In this document: one piece after another, positions 60,682 through 64,000 of the stretch
Layout: each line of letters opens with the position of its first letter
Position numbering within the stretch: the stretch's first letter is position 1
Notes under the pieces: generated by a model
What the model saw: only the letters and a program-made list of their open reading frames with translations
What the model was told of the DNA's origin: nothing
Databases searched by the model: none
Translations under genes and position numbers: made by a program
Origin: Cyanobacteriota bacterium
GTDB taxonomy: Bacteria; Cyanobacteriota; Cyanobacteriia; Cyanobacteriales; Nostocaceae
Reading direction: 5' to 3'
DNA length: 64,000 bases
Assembly: GCA_046045965.1 (NCBI GenBank)
Contig: JBJOKS010000004.1
Coordinates: 163,150-227,149 of the forward strand

Positions 60682-62838
60682 GTGGTTTCTGATTCTATTT
60701 GGATTGTTGGTACTAGTCGCAGCGGTAAGACTACTCGTTTAGCCGAACATTTTTGTGATTGGGTTCATAAAAATGGCAACCAACATATAGACTCATTTTA
60801 TACGAAAAATCAAAACAATAAAAAAGCTAACAATATAATTAAAAGCTCAAATCTTCTGCAAACAGAACCAGGAGTTTTAGTTTTAGCATCTAATGATGAT
60901 AATCGCCGATCATTAAACGATAAAATTGTCACTTTGACTGAAGGAAAATACCCAATTCGGGCTAAGACAACTTTGGGATTTATTCAGGATGAAGTTATTT
61001 TATTTTGGCCGTTATTAGTTGAATCTTTACAAATTAAAGCACAATTTCCGGTGAGATTGCGCCCAGAAACTGAGCAAGAATTAGCTACAAAACTTTGGGA
61101 TAATCGGTTAGATGCGGAAACTTTGCGACGTGCAGGAGTGAATGAATATCGGTTAGTAAGGCGGATATTAGACTTATGGCAACTAGCAGCTTATAGTGGT
61201 ACAGCTTGTGAAGATATTGATAAGATTTTGCAAACAGGGTTACAGGAAAATGGCAGTAATTTAGAACCAGAATTTTTAGTTTCTTTGTTATTAAATTGGC
61301 GTAATTGGTGTTTAGAAAGGGGACTATTAACTTATGGATTGATTACCGAACTTTATCACCAACATTTATTAACTAATACTGATTATCAACAACGTTTAAA
61401 ACAACGTTATCAGATGATAATAGCTGATGATGTAGATGATTATCCTGCGATAGCTTCTTACTTATTTGAGTTTCTATTAGATGCGGGTGCGGTGGGAGTA
61501 TTTAGTTATAATCCTCATGGGAGTGTGCGTTGGGGTTTGGGTGCAGATCCTCAATATTTAGAAAGATTAGCAAAGCGTTGTCAGGTAGAAAATTTAGTTA
61601 GTTTTAAAGTAGATAGTTTAGCTGCTCAACTGGCTAAACCGATGATAGAATTAGTCACTGAACCAATGATGATGTTGAGTTTACCCAAGTCGGTAAAGTG
61701 TATTCAAACAGCTTCCCGCGCTCAACTTTTGCGGCAAACAACAGCAGTAATAATTGATGGAATTAAAACAGGAAAAGTAGAACCGGAAGAAATAGCAATT
61801 ATCGCTCCTGGGTTGGATGCGATCGCACGTTATACGTTTATAGAAATATTAACCAAGCAAAATATTCAGGTAGAATCTCTCAATGATCAACGTCCTTTAA
61901 TTAGTTCACCTGCTGTTAGAGCATTACTCACCTTACTCACCCTAGTTTATCCTGGTTTGGGGCGATTAGTAGACCGGGATGAAGTAGCAGAAATGTTAGT
62001 TATTTTGGGTCAGAATAACACCAATGATGGAGAAAAAATTGATCCGGTGCGTGCTGGGTTAATAGCAGATCATTGTTTTGTACCCCATCCAGATCATCCA
62101 CATTTGTTAGCAGTAAAAACCTTTGAACGTTGGGATAGAATCGGCTATACAGCAGCTAAAGCTTATGGTGAGATATTAGAGTGGATTGAAAAACAGCGTT
62201 CAGAATTTCAACAAACTCTTCTCCCTACACCAATTTTTCTCCTCTACAAAGCAATTCAAAACTTCTTGTGTAAAGATCATAATCCACCATTTCAAACATT
62301 AGCAGCATTACGAGAATTATTAGAAACGGCTCAACATTATTGGGAAATAGATACGAGGTTAAGACAAACAGATTCCATCTTACTTTCAGTTCACACTCAA
62401 CAAACTCTCACCACCACCATTGCCGAATTTATTCAACTATTGCGACGTGGGACAATTACCGCTAACCCCTATCCTATTCGTCCTATTGGTAATGCTAAAA
62501 AAGCCGTTACTTTAGCTACCGTTTTCCAATATCGTGCGAGTCATAGATATCACAAATGGCATTTTTGGCTGGATGCGGGTTCACCCCTTTGGGCTAAAGG
62601 TGGTGCAGCCACTTTATTTGGTGCTACTTTATTTCTACAGGATAGGTTAGGAAAACCTTGGACAGCAGCAGATGAAGAAGAAGCAGAAACGCAACGATTA
62701 CGCCGGATTATAGCAGATTTACTGGGTCGTGTTTCTCAAAGAGTGTATTTATGTCACAGTGATTTAGCTGTAAATGGACAAGAACAATTAGGTCCATTAT
62801 TAAATTTAGTTCATTCCTGTGATGTGATAGAAAATTAG
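60682..62838 (+). CDS. Conserved cyanobacterial P-loop protein, UvrD/AddB-like (degenerate helicase fold)
   Basis: N-terminal G.SRSGKT Walker A, ADDVDD Walker B-like motif, EIAIIAP. Confidence 0.65.
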   Translation: MVSDSIWIVGTSRSGKTTRLAEHFCDWVHKNGNQHIDSFYTKNQNNKKANNIIKSSNLLQTEPGVLVLASNDDNRRSLNDKIVTLTEGKYPIRAKTTLGFIQDEVILFWPLLVESLQIKAQFPVRLRPETEQELATKLWDNRLDAETLRRAGVNEYRLVRRILDLWQLAAYSGTACEDIDKILQTGLQENGSNLEPEFLVSLLLNWRNWCLERGLLTYGLITELYHQHLLTNTDYQQRLKQRYQMIIADDVDDYPAIASYLFEFLLDAGAVGVFSYNPHGSVRWGLGADPQYLERLAKRCQVENLVSFKVDSLAAQLAKPMIELVTEPMMMLSLPKSVKCIQTASRAQLLRQTTAVIIDGIKTGKVEPEEIAIIAPGLDAIARYTFIEILTKQNIQVESLNDQRPLISSPAVRALLTLLTLVYPGLGRLVDRDEVAEMLVILGQNNTNDGEKIDPVRAGLIADHCFVPHPDHPHLLAVKTFERWDRIGYTAAKAYGEILEWIEKQRSEFQQTLLPTPIFLLYKAIQNFLCKDHNPPFQTLAALRELLETAQHYWEIDTRLRQTDSILLSVHTQQTLTTTIAEFIQLLRRGTITANPYPIRPIGNAKKAVTLATVFQYRASHRYHKWHFWLDAGSPLWAKGGAATLFGATLFLQDRLGKPWTAADEEEAETQRLRRIIADLLGRVSQRVYLCHSDLAVNGQEQLGPLLNLVHSCDVIEN

Positions 62839-62950
62839 TACAAGATGTCAAGAATAATTGAACGCAGATGGACGCAGATAAACGCAGATGAAACTAAAAT
62901 CTTTACAATATATAAAGTACAGTCTTCATTCATAAAATTCATCAAAAACA

Positions 62951-63616
62951 ATGGGATTATTCGGATTTGGTAAAAAACTGGACATACCTACACCTGAACA
63001 AGCACTGCCAGGACGCAAAGAAAAAATGCCAGTACCTGCAAAACACTATGTCAACAAAAACCCCCTCCAACCTCCGTTTCCTCATGGTATGGAAACTGCA
63101 ATGTTTGGTTTAGGTTGTTTTTGGGGTGCAGAACGCAAATTTTGGCAACAAAACGGAGTTTATACCACTGCGGTAGGTTATGCGGCTGGTTACACACCCA
63201 ACCCCACCTACAGGGAAGTATGCACTGGCATGACTGGTCATAATGAAGTAGTATTAGTGGTGTTTGATCCCCAAGTAATTACTTATTCCCAACTGCTAAA
63301 AGTCTTTTGGGAAAGCCACAACCCCACCCAGGGAATGCGTCAAGGTAATGATAGTGGGACTCAATACCGTTCTGGTATTTACGTGTATTCACCAACTCAA
63401 AAGCAACTAGCAGAAGCTTCACGGGATGCTTATCAACCAGCTTTGGAAAAAGCAGGGTATGGAAAAATTACCACAGAAATTTTAGATGCACCTGAGTTTT
63501 ACTACGCTGAAGACTACCATCAGCAGTATTTAGCCAAAAATCCCGGTGGTTATTGCGGTTTAGGTGGTACTGATGTTGCTTGTCCTGTGGGTGTGTTTGA
63601 AAATGCCATTAATTAG
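62951..63616 (+). CDS. msrA: Peptide methionine sulfoxide reductase A
   Basis: GCFWG, Y.EVC.G.TGH.E, QGND.GTQYRS and AE.YHQQYL motifs. Confidence 0.97.
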   Translation: MGLFGFGKKLDIPTPEQALPGRKEKMPVPAKHYVNKNPLQPPFPHGMETAMFGLGCFWGAERKFWQQNGVYTTAVGYAAGYTPNPTYREVCTGMTGHNEVVLVVFDPQVITYSQLLKVFWESHNPTQGMRQGNDSGTQYRSGIYVYSPTQKQLAEASRDAYQPALEKAGYGKITTEILDAPEFYYAEDYHQQYLAKNPGGYCGLGGTDVACPVGVFENAIN

Positions 63617-63627
63617 AAACTAAAACA

Positions 63628-63660
63628 GTAGGTTGGGTTGACGCAAGGAAACCCAACATT
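63628..63660. repeat. REP-like palindrome between convergent genes (possible terminator)
   Basis: GTAGGTTGGGTT-GACGCAAGGA-AACCCAAC. Confidence 0.6.
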
Positions 63661-63677
63661 AGTAGTTAACGAGATCA

Positions 63678-64000
63678 TTAAAATGCGTGCATGAGATAAG
63701 CGAGAACTCCCATCCAAATCATAATACTTATAGGTGCGCCAATCATAATTCCGGCGATCGCCCAACCTCGTTGATGTTTTTTAAATTGTTCAATATTACG
63801 CCAGCGTCTACTTTTCCAAGCCCACTCATTACCATTAATTCCGAGAGAGATTGCCATTATAAAGCCAATTTGGGGGATAAAACATAGCAACCCATACCAA
63901 ACATTATTAGGCCACATCCACAACCAAGGCATCAAAAATGCTCCCCAATTCCAACCTAAAATTTCTTCTGGTACTGGTGCATATTTATTAGATAAACCAC
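63678..64000 (-). CDS. Membrane protein, 5' part outside the window
   Basis: The frame stays open to the window edge: ..VPEEILGWNWGAFL.PW.W...GNEWAWKSR.W.....F...QR.W. Confidence 0.7.
   Translation of the reverse strand, partial: GLSNKYAPVPEEILGWNWGAFLMPWLWMWPNNVWYGLLCFIPQIGFIMAISLGINGNEWAWKSRRWRNIEQFKKHQRGWAIAGIMIGAPISIMIWMGVLAYLMHAF

Overview
Low-GC chromosomal segment of a filamentous, probably heterocyst-forming (Nostocales-type) cyanobacterium. The assignment is inferred from abundant HIP1 (GCGATCGC) sites, heptamer STRR arrays, psbY, furC, ldpA, pxcA and crr6. Most of the window is housekeeping: folC, pilMNOQ, hup, cobD, ispD, scpB, lepB, pyrC, tsaE, ruvC, pyrF-pyrE, modBC, mltA and msrA. 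Accessory material is scattered through it. (1) A six-gene co-oriented cluster of exported proteins at 25.6-31.6 kb: an unknown coiled-coil/beta-hairpin protein, a COP23 protein, two PDZ-less trypsin-like proteases, an SLH porin and a Pro-rich small protein. Two of these share a C-terminal TPSSGG(G)FE tail, and the cluster faces a divergent HTH-like/DUF4351 fusion gene. This is the best candidate for an undescribed system. (2) Two TnpA-less TnpB elements whose ends could be reconstructed. One supplies the stop codon of its host gene and carries an in-frame 54-bp hairpin element. (3) A DUF1778-GNAT toxin-antitoxin pair between pilQ and hup. (4) A decaying glutathione-related cluster: internally deleted ggt, intact phytochelatin synthase, and a GST interrupted by a 150-bp MITE with an 8-bp TSD. 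(5) A canonical NtcA class II promoter ahead of a small unknown gene. (6) A membrane TPR gene pair. No rRNA, tRNA or CRISPR array was seen. All family assignments come from motif recognition by eye; no database searches were run.
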